From the NCBI GenBank assembly GCA_038523235.1, contig JBCBJQ010000021.1:8249-72248 (forward strand): 64,000 nt of DNA, in the 5' to 3' direction. This DNA is from Cyanobacteria bacterium J06626_4. GTDB lineage: Bacteria > Cyanobacteriota > Cyanobacteriia > Phormidesmidales > Phormidesmidaceae. The notes beneath the pieces are model-generated. The model did no database searches. It saw only the letters and a program-made list of their open reading frames with translations, and had not been told where the DNA came from. Below are positions 32,024 to 41,969 of the stretch, one piece after another. Positions within the stretch are counted from its first letter, which is position 1. Every line of letters begins with the position of its first letter. The position numbers and the translations under genes are program-made.

Positions 32024-33271
32024 ATGATGCAAGCTGTGCCTGCCGCTCAAACATCCGATCAAGCGCCGCTGTATGACTGCGATGTGGCCATTGTCGGCGG
32101 CGGCGTGGTCGGAGCAACTTTGGCCGCCGCCCTGAAAGATTCAGGCCTCAAAGTTCTGTTGATCGAAGTGAATTCGTTTGAGCAGGCGATCGCCCGCGAA
32201 CGGGGCTACGCGCTGTCACCGCTGTCGGGGCAAATTTTTGCAGGCATCGGCGTCTGGCCCAGTATCTTTCCCAACATTGGCAAATACCGCCACATCTATC
32301 TCTCTGATGCCGATAACGTGGGCATGGTCAAATTTGCGCCCAGTGATCTTAAACGTGAATTTTTAGGCTACGTGGGCGAGCATAAAGTGATGCTGGGGGC
32401 GCTGCAAGCGTTTATTAACGAGCAGTGTGAGCAGGTCGATTGGCTCTGCCCGGCTCGCCCAACCCGCGTGCTTTATGACGAAGCGGGAGCGGTGATTGAG
32501 TTAGAGATGGCGGGGCAGGCCCGGCAGATTCGCACCCGATTGGTGGTGGGAGCTGATGGGCCGCGATCGCAAATTCGTCAGTCTGCAGGCATCAAAACCA
32601 GAGGCTGGAAATATTGGCAGTCGTGTCTGACGTTTATGATCACCCACGAAGCACCGCGCAATGACATCGCCTTTGAGCGGTTCTGGCCCGATGGCCCGAT
32701 GGGTGTCCTACCACTGACGGAGAATCGCTATCACATCGTTTGGACGGCTCCCCACGCCGAAGCAAAGGCACTACAAAACCTTGATGAAGCTGAGTTTCTA
32801 GCAGAACTGGAATATTACACAGGCGGTTTTTTAGGCAAGCTGAGCTTGACCAGCGATCGCGCAGTATTTCCAGTGCAACTGTTTCAGAGCGATCGCTACG
32901 TGCAGCCACGACTGGCGTTGGTGGGAGACGCCGCTCACCGCTGTCATCCCGTCGCGGGGCAGGGGCTGAATCTGGGTATTCGCGATGCGGCGGCGCTGGC
33001 ACAGGTGCTCTCTGAGGCTTATCTGCGCGGTGAAGATGTCGGCGATCTGCGCGTGCTCAAACGCTATGAACGCTGGCGCAAGAAAGAAAACCTGGCGATT
33101 TTGGGCTTCACCGATTTCCTGGACCGGATGTTTTCCAACAACTGGTGGCCCGTTGTAAAACTGCGGCGCTTGGGGCTGTGGCTGCTGCGCACTGTGCCGC
33201 CTTTAAAGGTGCTAGCGCTTAAGTTTATGACGGGTTTTTGGGGGCGTCGCCCGCCTCTGGGTAAAGGGTGA
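32024..33271 (+). CDS. FAD-dependent hydroxylase, UbiH/COQ6 family
   Basis: DVAIVGGGVVG, LVVGADG, AFERFWPDGP, LVGDAAHRCHPVAGQGLNLGIRD. Confidence 0.9.
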   Translation: MMQAVPAAQTSDQAPLYDCDVAIVGGGVVGATLAAALKDSGLKVLLIEVNSFEQAIARERGYALSPLSGQIFAGIGVWPSIFPNIGKYRHIYLSDADNVGMVKFAPSDLKREFLGYVGEHKVMLGALQAFINEQCEQVDWLCPARPTRVLYDEAGAVIELEMAGQARQIRTRLVVGADGPRSQIRQSAGIKTRGWKYWQSCLTFMITHEAPRNDIAFERFWPDGPMGVLPLTENRYHIVWTAPHAEAKALQNLDEAEFLAELEYYTGGFLGKLSLTSDRAVFPVQLFQSDRYVQPRLALVGDAAHRCHPVAGQGLNLGIRDAAALAQVLSEAYLRGEDVGDLRVLKRYERWRKKENLAILGFTDFLDRMFSNNWWPVVKLRRLGLWLLRTVPPLKVLALKFMTGFWGRRPPLGKG

Positions 33272-33453
33272 GTCAGCCTACGAGACTGTAGGAGCCGTTA
33301 GCCTTTGAACCGTTGGCGATCGCCGCATTGAGAAACTGCAGCATTAATCCGGCTTGCCAAGGGTTCATTCACAAACCTTGCTCTCGTTTCCTTAACTCTA
33401 GGCCTTCTCACCTTTCATCGGGAGTTGCAAAATTGAGAGATGGCTTACGACCC

Positions 33454-34689
33454 TCACGCCAATACTGTAAACGCCAGCCCAGCAAAGCTCTCCAGTCGTT
33501 TGATCAGCGCTTCGCTTAGCAGGGTAGCCGGTGTCCAAAAGCCGCCGCGCTCTGATGGTGGGATATCCTGCGCTAAGCACAGTGCCGCCTGCCCCAAAAT
33601 TTTGGCCGTCGACCCATAGCCCGGATCGCGATCGCCCGTCACCTGCACTCTGATCTTATCCCCAGTATCGGTGGTGCCGACAAACTGCAGCTCATAAAAG
33701 CCCTGGGCCTGCTCTGCCGCTGTGGGGCCGGCACCTGAGGCGGGCAGAGCGAAGGTTTCGAGCAACCAGCGAGTGGGCGGTAGCGCTGCCGCCAGCACCA
33801 GACTATCCAGACCTAGCTTGAGTCCTTGGGCCATGAGCCAGCCGATGGGGCCATCATCAGTAACGATACCTTCGTCGTATTGAAAGGTTTGTCCGTACAC
33901 TTGCTGCTGCAAAAAGTTAGATCGCAACACCACGCGAGTGTTGACATCTGCCATGACAAACGGGGTCACCCAGGCGTGAAAGTCGGGGTCGTATTGCACC
34001 GGTATCAAGGGTGGGGGCTGAGCGGCCACCTTGTCGCTGTCTGGACAGAGCGAGTAGGGATCACGGATGGACTCGCGAAGACTGGCATCGGCTGCCGCCT
34101 CTTTGACTAAATTCAGGCCGCTGGCGGCAGTGCCGCCAGAAACACCCCCTTGCGCCGCGACGACGCGCATTTTGACCCGCGTGCAGGGCTCGCCAAATCG
34201 CGTTCGGGACTGCTGCTGCAGGTAGTAGACGCCTAAATCAGAGGGGATGGAGTCGAAGCCACAGCAGTGGACAATGCGCGCCCCCGCAGCCTGAGCTTGA
34301 GTCTCATAGCGCTGAATCATGCGCCGTATCCACTGCGACTCACCGGTGAGGTCACAGTAATCGGTGCCGGTTGCCACACAGGCTTGAACCAGCGGTTCAC
34401 CATATAGGGCATAGGGGCCAACGGTTGAGACGACCACGCGGGTCTGGGTACAAAGCTGGTGTAGGGAGTCAGCGTCCGTCGCATCAGCAATCAGCTGCGG
34501 CAGTGGGGCGGCGTCAGGGCCGAGGGCGGTGGCCAGCGCCTTGAGCTTGGTCGCCGATCGCCCCGCAATCGCCCAACGAACAGGCGTTGAGGAGGCTGTC
34601 TGGGTCAGCAAATAGCGACAGAGAATTTGGCCGACAAAGCCGGTAGCCCCAAACACAACCAAGTCATAGTGGGCGAGATCAGCGGGCAT
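33454..34689 (-). CDS. Saccharopine dehydrogenase-like / trans-acting enoyl reductase family oxidoreductase
   Basis: FGATGFVG, AIAGRS, STVGPYALYGE, YCDLTGE, CGFDSIPSDLG, DPGYGST, GGFWTPA. Confidence 0.88.
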   Translation of the reverse strand: MPADLAHYDLVVFGATGFVGQILCRYLLTQTASSTPVRWAIAGRSATKLKALATALGPDAAPLPQLIADATDADSLHQLCTQTRVVVSTVGPYALYGEPLVQACVATGTDYCDLTGESQWIRRMIQRYETQAQAAGARIVHCCGFDSIPSDLGVYYLQQQSRTRFGEPCTRVKMRVVAAQGGVSGGTAASGLNLVKEAAADASLRESIRDPYSLCPDSDKVAAQPPPLIPVQYDPDFHAWVTPFVMADVNTRVVLRSNFLQQQVYGQTFQYDEGIVTDDGPIGWLMAQGLKLGLDSLVLAAALPPTRWLLETFALPASGAGPTAAEQAQGFYELQFVGTTDTGDKIRVQVTGDRDPGYGSTAKILGQAALCLAQDIPPSERGGFWTPATLLSEALIKRLESFAGLAFTVLA

Positions 34690-34798
34690 GAACAGATACC
34701 TGCGGTAAAAATAACGCCGTCTATCCACAGCGCCGTTACCAGATTAAGCCGTTACCGTTAGCTACGGCACCCAGCGATAGCCTGATTGAGGCAGAAAA

Positions 34799-35236
34799 TT
34801 AGGCGGATTCTTCTAACGAGTGACTGAACACGTCAAAGACTTGCCGACAGCAGTGCTTGAGGCGATCGCCGGCGGCCCCCTCCGGCACAACCGTTCCGGC
34901 AAACGACCATTGCTCGATCGTGGACAACGTCCACTGCTTGCCGCGATGGTCGTAGCCGCCGACTTCGATGCCGATGACGCGCTTGGTGCAGCTATCCGCA
35001 TCGTCATAAAAGCGGATCTGGACCAAAAAACTACGGCAGTGAAACAGACGACTAAGGCCCGGAAAATGCAGGCCAATATCCACCGAGTCAGGATCAACCA
35101 GCGATCGCGTATCGCTGTCGTTCGTCCACGGTTTTAGGTCGACCCGTAAATCAGGCAACTCTGATTTGAACAGATGCACGACGGTCGCAATCTTGCTAGC
35201 AAATTCGATGCTGGTGGCCTGTTCGGCTGCGTTCAC
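34799..35236 (-). CDS. Conserved cyanobacterial hypothetical protein
   Basis: MNAAEQATSIEFASKIA, DLKPWTND, DPDSVDIGLHFPG; GTG start preceded by GAGG. Confidence 0.75.
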   Translation of the reverse strand: MNAAEQATSIEFASKIATVVHLFKSELPDLRVDLKPWTNDSDTRSLVDPDSVDIGLHFPGLSRLFHCRSFLVQIRFYDDADSCTKRVIGIEVGGYDHRGKQWTLSTIEQWSFAGTVVPEGAAGDRLKHCCRQVFDVFSHSLEESA

Positions 35237-35396
35237 CTCTGCCTACTCCGAAAACGCAACTTTCAAACTAAGATAACGTTTCGTTGCAAACAGTCAACTC
35301 TGTAACGAACCCACGACGACACTCGTTACAAAGCGCAACTGATTCAGTTCTACCATAGGGCATAACGGCCTGAAAACGAGCGCAATGGGCGTTCTC

Positions 35397-35975
35397 CTAA
35401 AGCTCCATTTTGCCTGGCAGATGCGATTGGCAGGTGGCCAAAATATCATTCTCAGTCGCTCTCGGTGTGCCCAAATCAAAGAAGCCGTCTAGTTGCAGCG
35501 GGGCTAAACCTGGGTTCGTAGCAGCTACTGGACTGTCGTCGGTGACCAGGGCGATCGCGTAGGCATAGACCTCTTGGGTGTAGCTATTCGTAATCTGCAG
35601 CGCTAACGCCTGCCCGGTGAGGTGGCCCTCAAAGCAGTCAAACGAAGACTGGGGCATGTACAAGGCACCCACCACGTTGGAATTCTTGGCTTCAAACACC
35701 ATGTAGGCTGCGCCAATGGCATCGGGCTGCGGTTGCGAACCATAAAAATACACGCCGTCGGCAATTGGCTGAGCCGCGCTAGTCGCGTCAACGGGATGGT
35801 TCGCCACGACGCTTGCCGGGGGCACAGGGCCCGCTTGTGTAGTTGCGCTTAACAGTAACGAACCCAAAACGCCACCGACTAAAACTTGCCAGCGGGGTTG
35901 ACTGAGTGCACCGTGGCGGAAAGAGCCGGCAACAGGATGACGGATCACTGTTTCTAACGACGCTCTAACACTCAT
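35397..35975 (-). CDS. Hypothetical exported protein
   Basis: Hydrophobic N-segment; DGVYFYGSQPQPDAIGAAYMVFE, GALYMPQSSFDCF. Start uncertain. Confidence 0.7.
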   Translation of the reverse strand: MSVRASLETVIRHPVAGSFRHGALSQPRWQVLVGGVLGSLLLSATTQAGPVPPASVVANHPVDATSAAQPIADGVYFYGSQPQPDAIGAAYMVFEAKNSNVVGALYMPQSSFDCFEGHLTGQALALQITNSYTQEVYAYAIALVTDDSPVAATNPGLAPLQLDGFFDLGTPRATENDILATCQSHLPGKMEL

Positions 35976-36476
35976 CACGATGAACTCCTTAAATATAATT
36001 TTCTTATCGTTGAAATCAGAAAAAATAAATTTCATATGATTTCACTTTAGAGGACTGGTTGCAGGCCAATAACTCAAAGCCTCAAGAGCGTAATATCTCT
36101 TTGTAAGCGATGACCAAAACCTCCAGCCAGAGAGTGATCGAGGTCACATCCCGCCTCTGGGTTGTTCTGACAATACCGTTGATAAATGTTCCCGTAGCGC
36201 CCAGAGTGACAGCCTGGAAAGTGCCACCCCCTGGCTAGCTACGGTTGCGGATTTGGCGAAAGTCTGCTTCAGATTCTTTGTTCTGCAGTTCGCCATCACA
36301 TCATCACCGCAGTCAGCCCGGATCCTCTAGGACGCGATCGCGCTTATCATCCGTGGATTGCCGCGTGGCCGGATGCGACGCACGCAATGAGAGCCATGCC
36401 GAATCGTCCGAGATTGCAATGGTTTCGCGATAAACTAGAGAGTAGGATGCCGTAAGTTTGGGCGTAAGAAGCCGAG

Positions 36477-37670
36477 ATGGAAGATCTCATCAACACCTTC
36501 GAAATAGGCCGAGTCTTCATTAAACTGCTGCTGTTTATTGACAAGCGTCCCAGTTCTGGAGAGTACGTTCAGGAAATCCGGCATCACCTTAAGGAATTAG
36601 ATCAGGAATTAGAGGTTGGTCAGACTTACTCCCTCGATGTTGTGGATGTGTGTGAACAGCCTTACTTGGTGGAGCATTTCCGGCTTATTACGACCCCGGC
36701 GCTGGTGAAGTTTGCCCCTGGCCAGCAGCAGGTGATTTCGGGGAGCAACATTTTGACGCAGCTCGATCAATGGTGGCCCCATTGGCAGCGAGAAATTACC
36801 GCGTTGTCGGATGCAGCCATGGTGGGTAAACGGTTCCCTATCACCGACAGCGATGGTCTGCAAGCCGAAGGGGAGCTGGCTAATTCGGTCGAAGTGATGA
36901 AGCTGTCGGATGAGATCTTTCGCCTGAAACAAGAGAAAGAAGATTTAGAGGCGCAGCTACAGTTTAAGAACCGGATTGTGGCGATGCTGGCCCATGATTT
37001 GCGGAACCCGCTGACGGCGGCGTCGATCGCGGTGGAAACCTTAGAACTAGGCTATGGCGAAGAAATTACAGAAAATCGGCGATCGCTTTCTCCTAAGCTT
37101 ACTGCCCAACTGTTGCGCCATGCCAAAACTCAGATCCGCGCCATGGATCGGATGATTTCCGATATTTTGCAGACTGCGAAAGGCGCGGCGGCGGATCTGC
37201 AAATTCAGCCCCAAGAGATTTCTTTCAACACGCTGTTCGCAGAAACACTGGCGTCGATGCGCAACAAGTTTGAGGCCAAATCTCAGGCGATCGATCTTGA
37301 TATTCCCCAAGATTTGCCACAGGTTTATGTCGATGCGGGGCAAATTCAGCGGGTGATCTCTAATCTGTTGGACAACGCTAGCAAATACACCCCAGAAGGC
37401 GGCGAATTACACGTCTCAGCCCTGCACCGCACCACACAAAAGATTCAGGTGTGTGTCAAAGATACGGGACCGGGCATTCCGACCAGTAAGCGCGAGGCGA
37501 TTTTTGAAGACAGCGTGCGGCTGCAGCGCGATGAAAGCCAAGATGGCTATGGGTTAGGGTTGGCCCTCTGTCGCCGCATTGTGCGGGCTCACTATGGGCA
37601 AATCTGGGTAGAATCTGACCCTGGCGAAGGCAGTCAATTTTGCTTTACCCTACCCGTTTTTCGATCGTAG
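36477..37670 (+). CDS. sasA: Circadian output sensor histidine kinase SasA
   Basis: KaiB-like N-domain (LLLFIDKRPSS, QPYLVEHFRLITTPALVK), LSDEIFRL, MLAHDLRNPLTA, NLLDNASKYTP, DTGPGIP, GYGLGLALC. Confidence 0.93.
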   Translation: MEDLINTFEIGRVFIKLLLFIDKRPSSGEYVQEIRHHLKELDQELEVGQTYSLDVVDVCEQPYLVEHFRLITTPALVKFAPGQQQVISGSNILTQLDQWWPHWQREITALSDAAMVGKRFPITDSDGLQAEGELANSVEVMKLSDEIFRLKQEKEDLEAQLQFKNRIVAMLAHDLRNPLTAASIAVETLELGYGEEITENRRSLSPKLTAQLLRHAKTQIRAMDRMISDILQTAKGAAADLQIQPQEISFNTLFAETLASMRNKFEAKSQAIDLDIPQDLPQVYVDAGQIQRVISNLLDNASKYTPEGGELHVSALHRTTQKIQVCVKDTGPGIPTSKREAIFEDSVRLQRDESQDGYGLGLALCRRIVRAHYGQIWVESDPGEGSQFCFTLPVFRS

Positions 37671-38109
37671 GGTGATGCCTCCAAGGCCTCCCAGATGCGC
37701 AAATCCATCGATGCGTTTGGGGTCGGCATCTTGCCCGCGATCAGCGCTAGAAATACAAAATTTAGGATGCACTCTGCCTGACTGCGTGCGTGAGCCGCTT
37801 TAGCACCCGTCATGAACGTCTGGCAGAGGGTAGAAAGGTGAAGGGTTCAAGGTGCAGGGAAGAGCCTTGCCGCAAGCGATCCGGCGATTATAAAGTGTCC
37901 AAACTTGACGACGGCTCGCGATAGAAATATCGTCTAGTCTCTAACCCAGCATTGCGGCAGCGAGTGAGGGGCAAACATCAACATAACGACTTGTGTATGA
38001 CGGATAGCTTGTCGAAGGGGGCTACACACTTTTTTGATGTGGAGCCCGAATTTAGCGCATCGGTATAAGTGGCCAGCGCCATAACTCCAACTAGACGCTA
38101 AATTCAACA

Positions 38110-38136
38110 CAAAAAAAGGGGGCGATCGCCCCCTTG
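38110..38136 (-). terminator. Intrinsic terminator of rbcLXS
   Basis: A-tract then AAGGGG-GCGATCGC-CCCCTT hairpin (HIP1 at its centre); reads as hairpin + U-tract on the minus strand. Confidence 0.75.
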
Positions 38137-38170
38137 ATTCAACCAATCAAGATTAATTGTCTCAATCGCC

Positions 38171-38521
38171 TTAGTAGCGATAAGAGTTGCCGCTGTTGCC
38201 GCCGGGCTTATGAACGATAAAGCTGAGAATCTGACACTGCTTGACGTTGTCAAAACCGACTACGCGCACAAAACAGTTGGGATATTCAGACCGGCAAGCC
38301 TGCACTTCGCTCAGCACTTCTTGCGTTGAATTGGCATTAAACAACGGCAGCTTCCACATCGTCCAATAGTAAGTCTCAGGATTAGAGTCTTCGTTAAATT
38401 CGATGGCGGGAATGTAGCCCATTTGCAAAATGTAGGCGATTTGCCGCTCAATTTGAGCGTCTGTCAAAGGCGGTAGGTAAGACAGCGTTTCGTAACGACG
38501 CTCTTTAGGCAGAGTTTTCAT
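38171..38521 (-). CDS. rbcS: RuBisCO small subunit
   Basis: [43 protein letters not shown]. Confidence 0.99.
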   Translation of the reverse strand: MKTLPKERRYETLSYLPPLTDAQIERQIAYILQMGYIPAIEFNEDSNPETYYWTMWKLPLFNANSTQEVLSEVQACRSEYPNCFVRVVGFDNVKQCQILSFIVHKPGGNSGNSYRY

Positions 38522-38623
38522 GGTTTCTCTCTAAGTGAATGAATGGGCGATCGCGCTGAGCGATCGCGGTGGAACTGAAGGGTGAGTCAACACCCCAAAA
38601 TTGCGAGTAGGTAGCCGTTAGAC

Positions 38624-39040
38624 TCATTCCGAATCGACGGTGGGTTCTTGAGAGACATCAGAGTCGGGCGCTAGCTCAGACTCCACGGCGTGCTCGGCAT
38701 CTCCCAGCTGAGTCAACCGTTCTAAATGCTGACGACGGTGTTCCATATTGGCCTGCTGGATACCGGTCACAACCATTTCGGGCAAAAACTCGCAGATGCT
38801 CTCTGCAATATGCTGCCGACTGATCATAATTCGCATTGCCAGCTCTGCATTCTCCGATAAAAGCGTTTGCAAATAGGCTTCGCCATCCTGCAGTGCTTCC
38901 TTCGTCGAAAAGGCGTTCAGCCAATAGGCATGGGCCGGGTTGGTTTCCTTCAGCTGACTCAGCACAGTTTTCACTGCCTGATAGGTCAGATAGCTAGTGA
39001 GCACCCTAGCCGCATCTTTTGCTGATTGCTTAAGGTCCAT
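38624..39040 (-). CDS. rbcX: RuBisCO assembly chaperone RbcX
   Basis: MDLKQSAKD..LTSYLTYQAV..QLKETNP, QDGEAYL, FLPEMV, NMEHRRQHLER; lies between rbcL and rbcS. Confidence 0.97.
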   Translation of the reverse strand: MDLKQSAKDAARVLTSYLTYQAVKTVLSQLKETNPAHAYWLNAFSTKEALQDGEAYLQTLLSENAELAMRIMISRQHIAESICEFLPEMVVTGIQQANMEHRRQHLERLTQLGDAEHAVESELAPDSDVSQEPTVDSE

Positions 39041-39223
39041 CGGTATTTATCGAACCCTTGAAATCGACCCCACCGGACGGTGGGTAGGGCTGATTTAAGC
39101 CCGAAGCCGCTAAAGATTCGGTAACTTATGCAGCTATTTGCCCAACTTTACAAGCCGTTGCCGACTCTGGGCCTACCCACTGTCGCTGTCGCCAGAACCA
39201 GGTGCCGTAGCACCTGCCCGCAC

Positions 39224-40654
39224 TTAGATGGTGTCAACGGTGTCGAATTCGAACTTGATTTCCTTCCACAGTTCGCAGGCAGCGGCCAACTCAGGCGACC
39301 ACTTACAAGCTTCGCGGATGATGTCGCCACCTTCGCGAGCCAGGTTACGGCCTTCGTTACGAGCCTGCACACAAGCTTCGAGAGCAACCCGGTTAGCCGC
39401 TGCGCCCGGTGCATTACCCCAGGGGTGACCCAAGGTGCCGCCACCAAACTGCAGCACGGAATCGTCGCCAAAGATTTCCACCAAGGCGGGCATGTGCCAC
39501 ACGTGGATACCACCGGAAGCCACGGCCATCACGCCACCCATAGACGCCCAGTCTTGAGTGAAGTAAACGCCGCGAGACTTGTCTTGCTCAACGTAGTTTT
39601 CGCGTAGCAGATCGACGAAGCCGAGCGTACCGGCGCGATCGCCTTCCAGCTTGCCAACCACCGTACCGGTGTGAATGTGGTCACCACCAGACATCCGCAA
39701 GCACTTCGCCAAGACGCGGAAGTGGATGCCGTGGTTCTTCTGGCGGTCAATGACGGCGTGCATCGCCCGGTGAATGTGCAGCAACATGCCGTTGTCGCGA
39801 CACCAGTGAGCCAACGTCGTGTTGGCAGTAAAGCCACCGGTGAGGAAGTCGTGCATGACGATGGGCATTTCGAGTTCTTTCGCGTACTCGGCCCGCTTCA
39901 TCATCTCTTCGCAGGTAGCGGCGGTGACGTTGAGGTAGTGACCCTTGATTTCACCGGTCTCAGCCTGGGACTTGTGAATGGCATCTGCCACAAACAAGAA
40001 GCGATCGCGCCACCGTTGGAAAGGCTGCGAGTTAATGTTCTCGTCATCTTTGGTGAAGTCCAAACCGCCGCGCAGACATTCGTAAACGGCGCGACCATAG
40101 TTCTTCGCAGACAGACCCAGCTTGGGCTTAATCGTACAGCCCAGCAGCGGCCGACCATACTTGTTGAGGCGATCGCGCTCAACCTGAATGCCGTGGGGCG
40201 GGCCTTGGAAGGTCTTGAGGTAAGCCACCGGAATCCGCAGGTCTTCGAGGCGCAGCGCCCGTAGCGCTTTGAAACCAAAGACGTTGCCCACCAAGGAGGT
40301 CAACAGGTTGGTGACCGATCCTTCCTCAAACAAATCGAGGGGATACGCGACGTAGCAGATGTATTGATTGTCTTCGCCGGGGACGGGCTCGATGTCGTAG
40401 CAGCGGCCCTTGTAGCGATCCATGTCGGTCAACAAGTCCGTCCAGACCGTCGTCCAGGTACCGGTCGAGGATTCTGCTGCCACTGCAGCGGCACATTCCT
40501 CAGGCGGTACGCCGGGCTGCGGGGTCATCCGGAATGCGGCCAAAATATCCGTATCTTTTGGAGTGTAGTCAGGGGTGTAGTAGGTCAGTTTGTAGTCCTT
40601 GACCCCGGCCTGATATCCAGATTTTGACTGAGTCGTTGTCTGCGAGTAAGACAT
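39224..40654 (-). CDS. rbcL: RuBisCO large subunit (form IB)
   Basis: [52 protein letters not shown]. True start ATG 40654 after GGAG; 476 aa. Confidence 0.99.
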   Translation of the reverse strand: MSYSQTTTQSKSGYQAGVKDYKLTYYTPDYTPKDTDILAAFRMTPQPGVPPEECAAAVAAESSTGTWTTVWTDLLTDMDRYKGRCYDIEPVPGEDNQYICYVAYPLDLFEEGSVTNLLTSLVGNVFGFKALRALRLEDLRIPVAYLKTFQGPPHGIQVERDRLNKYGRPLLGCTIKPKLGLSAKNYGRAVYECLRGGLDFTKDDENINSQPFQRWRDRFLFVADAIHKSQAETGEIKGHYLNVTAATCEEMMKRAEYAKELEMPIVMHDFLTGGFTANTTLAHWCRDNGMLLHIHRAMHAVIDRQKNHGIHFRVLAKCLRMSGGDHIHTGTVVGKLEGDRAGTLGFVDLLRENYVEQDKSRGVYFTQDWASMGGVMAVASGGIHVWHMPALVEIFGDDSVLQFGGGTLGHPWGNAPGAAANRVALEACVQARNEGRNLAREGGDIIREACKWSPELAAACELWKEIKFEFDTVDTI

Positions 40655-40870
40655 ATCTCCCTTCCTGTAAGGTTCGTAACGACACCACACCATCTCTCGC
40701 TGCAACACAGCGGGATGCCCAAATGGCTGCCTATGGCTAAGATTGCGATCTAACCCCAAAGCAGGTGGTACTTTTGCTTAATGCACTCCAGCAACCCATC
40801 GGCATCAACTGCCTCAAACGGGTTCCAGCACTGGATTTCGGGTATCCTGCATTACCCTATGCTTTAAAGA

Positions 40871-40936
40871 ATACTATCAGCGATCCGATAAGCTTGGTTT
40901 TGGAAGATCTGTATAGAATCATAAATAAAAGTTATG
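40871..40936 (-). promoter_or_regulatory. Putative rbcL promoter: -10 TAGTAT plus LysR-type (RbcR/CbbR) T-N11-A palindrome
   Basis: CATAA-ATAAAAG-TTATG palindrome at 40920-40936; minus-strand TAGTAT at 40876-40871 places the palindrome near -65, the usual LysR recognition position. Confidence 0.45.
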
Positions 40937-41236
40937 TAGGACTATCTCGCAACCTTGCGCAATGTGTTGCTATGTAATCCCACTTTTCAGGCGGTATCCG
41001 AGGTGGTAGAGAGGTTTTATTCTGCGGTGAAAGGAAAACACAAAAATCGCCCGCTCGTGACCGTTTCTGCCCAAAGTTTCACGCCGACTTGATGCATTTT
41101 TGAATGACTTGATTTGAGTTAGTGGCGAGTCCCTCACCACTCCCCGCCCACTCATTAACAGGCTTCTAATGGGACTTTTTTCCGCCGATCCCTTAGATTG
41201 ATTGACTGTCTGAATCCCTGGCTCTACACAATTGCG

Positions 41237-41869
41237 ATGCTCACGATGCAATATCCTTTTTCGGCTTCCCAGCGCCCGATCGCTCACCTGCAATTTGCTC
41301 AAAACGGCATTTGGGAGCAGGTTGAGACCGTTCATCCCAATTGTTTTACCGACCTGCATCAGCTTTCTCACTGGTTAGATCAGGCGGCACGCGATATCGC
41401 GGTAGAAGCGTTGTTTATGAATGAAGCTGAGGAATTGACTGGCTTCATTGGGGTGCGTACCCAGGACCTGCCCAGCGATCGCCGCACCTTGATGTGGTTA
41501 CGTTTGGCGACGTTGATTGCCACGACCGAGCCTAAACCGCTGGATGAGCTGTTGAGCCAGTGTCTCGGTGCTTTGCAGTTGCCGACGACACTGCCGGCTG
41601 CCGCCCCCACCTTTGAGATGGGTATCTTCAACTTTTGGAATACGGCTGAGCCGCTACTCTTCAAAGATTCACCGTTGGAGGAGCTGACAGCATTGATGGC
41701 GACAGGCACTGGGCCAGCTTGGCTAAAACAGGGGCACATCGCCCCGATTTGTCTGGAATATGTGTGGTATCAACCCACCCACATCTGGCTGTCTCGCAAC
41801 GTGAGTACCCAATCAGAGGGGCGCTATTTCGTTGACCTTGAGCAGGTTAAACTGCTGCTGCGAGCATGA
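41237..41869 (+). CDS. Hypothetical protein
   Basis: ~210-aa ORF filling the gap between the rbcL promoter and the kinase; no motif recognised; start uncertain. Confidence 0.65.
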   Translation: MLTMQYPFSASQRPIAHLQFAQNGIWEQVETVHPNCFTDLHQLSHWLDQAARDIAVEALFMNEAEELTGFIGVRTQDLPSDRRTLMWLRLATLIATTEPKPLDELLSQCLGALQLPTTLPAAAPTFEMGIFNFWNTAEPLLFKDSPLEELTALMATGTGPAWLKQGHIAPICLEYVWYQPTHIWLSRNVSTQSEGRYFVDLEQVKLLLRA

Positions 41870-41969
41870 GTCATGCCTTGGAATCGCCTCACGGGGCGAC
41901 ATCGTGACTTGAGCGAGAACGTTGTTGAACCATCCCCTCTTCAACACTGCGATGGGAAGTGAACCGGGG

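Noticed and set aside
37820..37935. Short purine-rich heptamer-like run and possible MITE end downstream of sasA
   Set aside because: Too degenerate, and there is no second copy in the window.
40655..40759. N-terminal extension of RbcL given in the ORF track
   Set aside because: The canonical MSY start with a GGAG RBS is at 40654.
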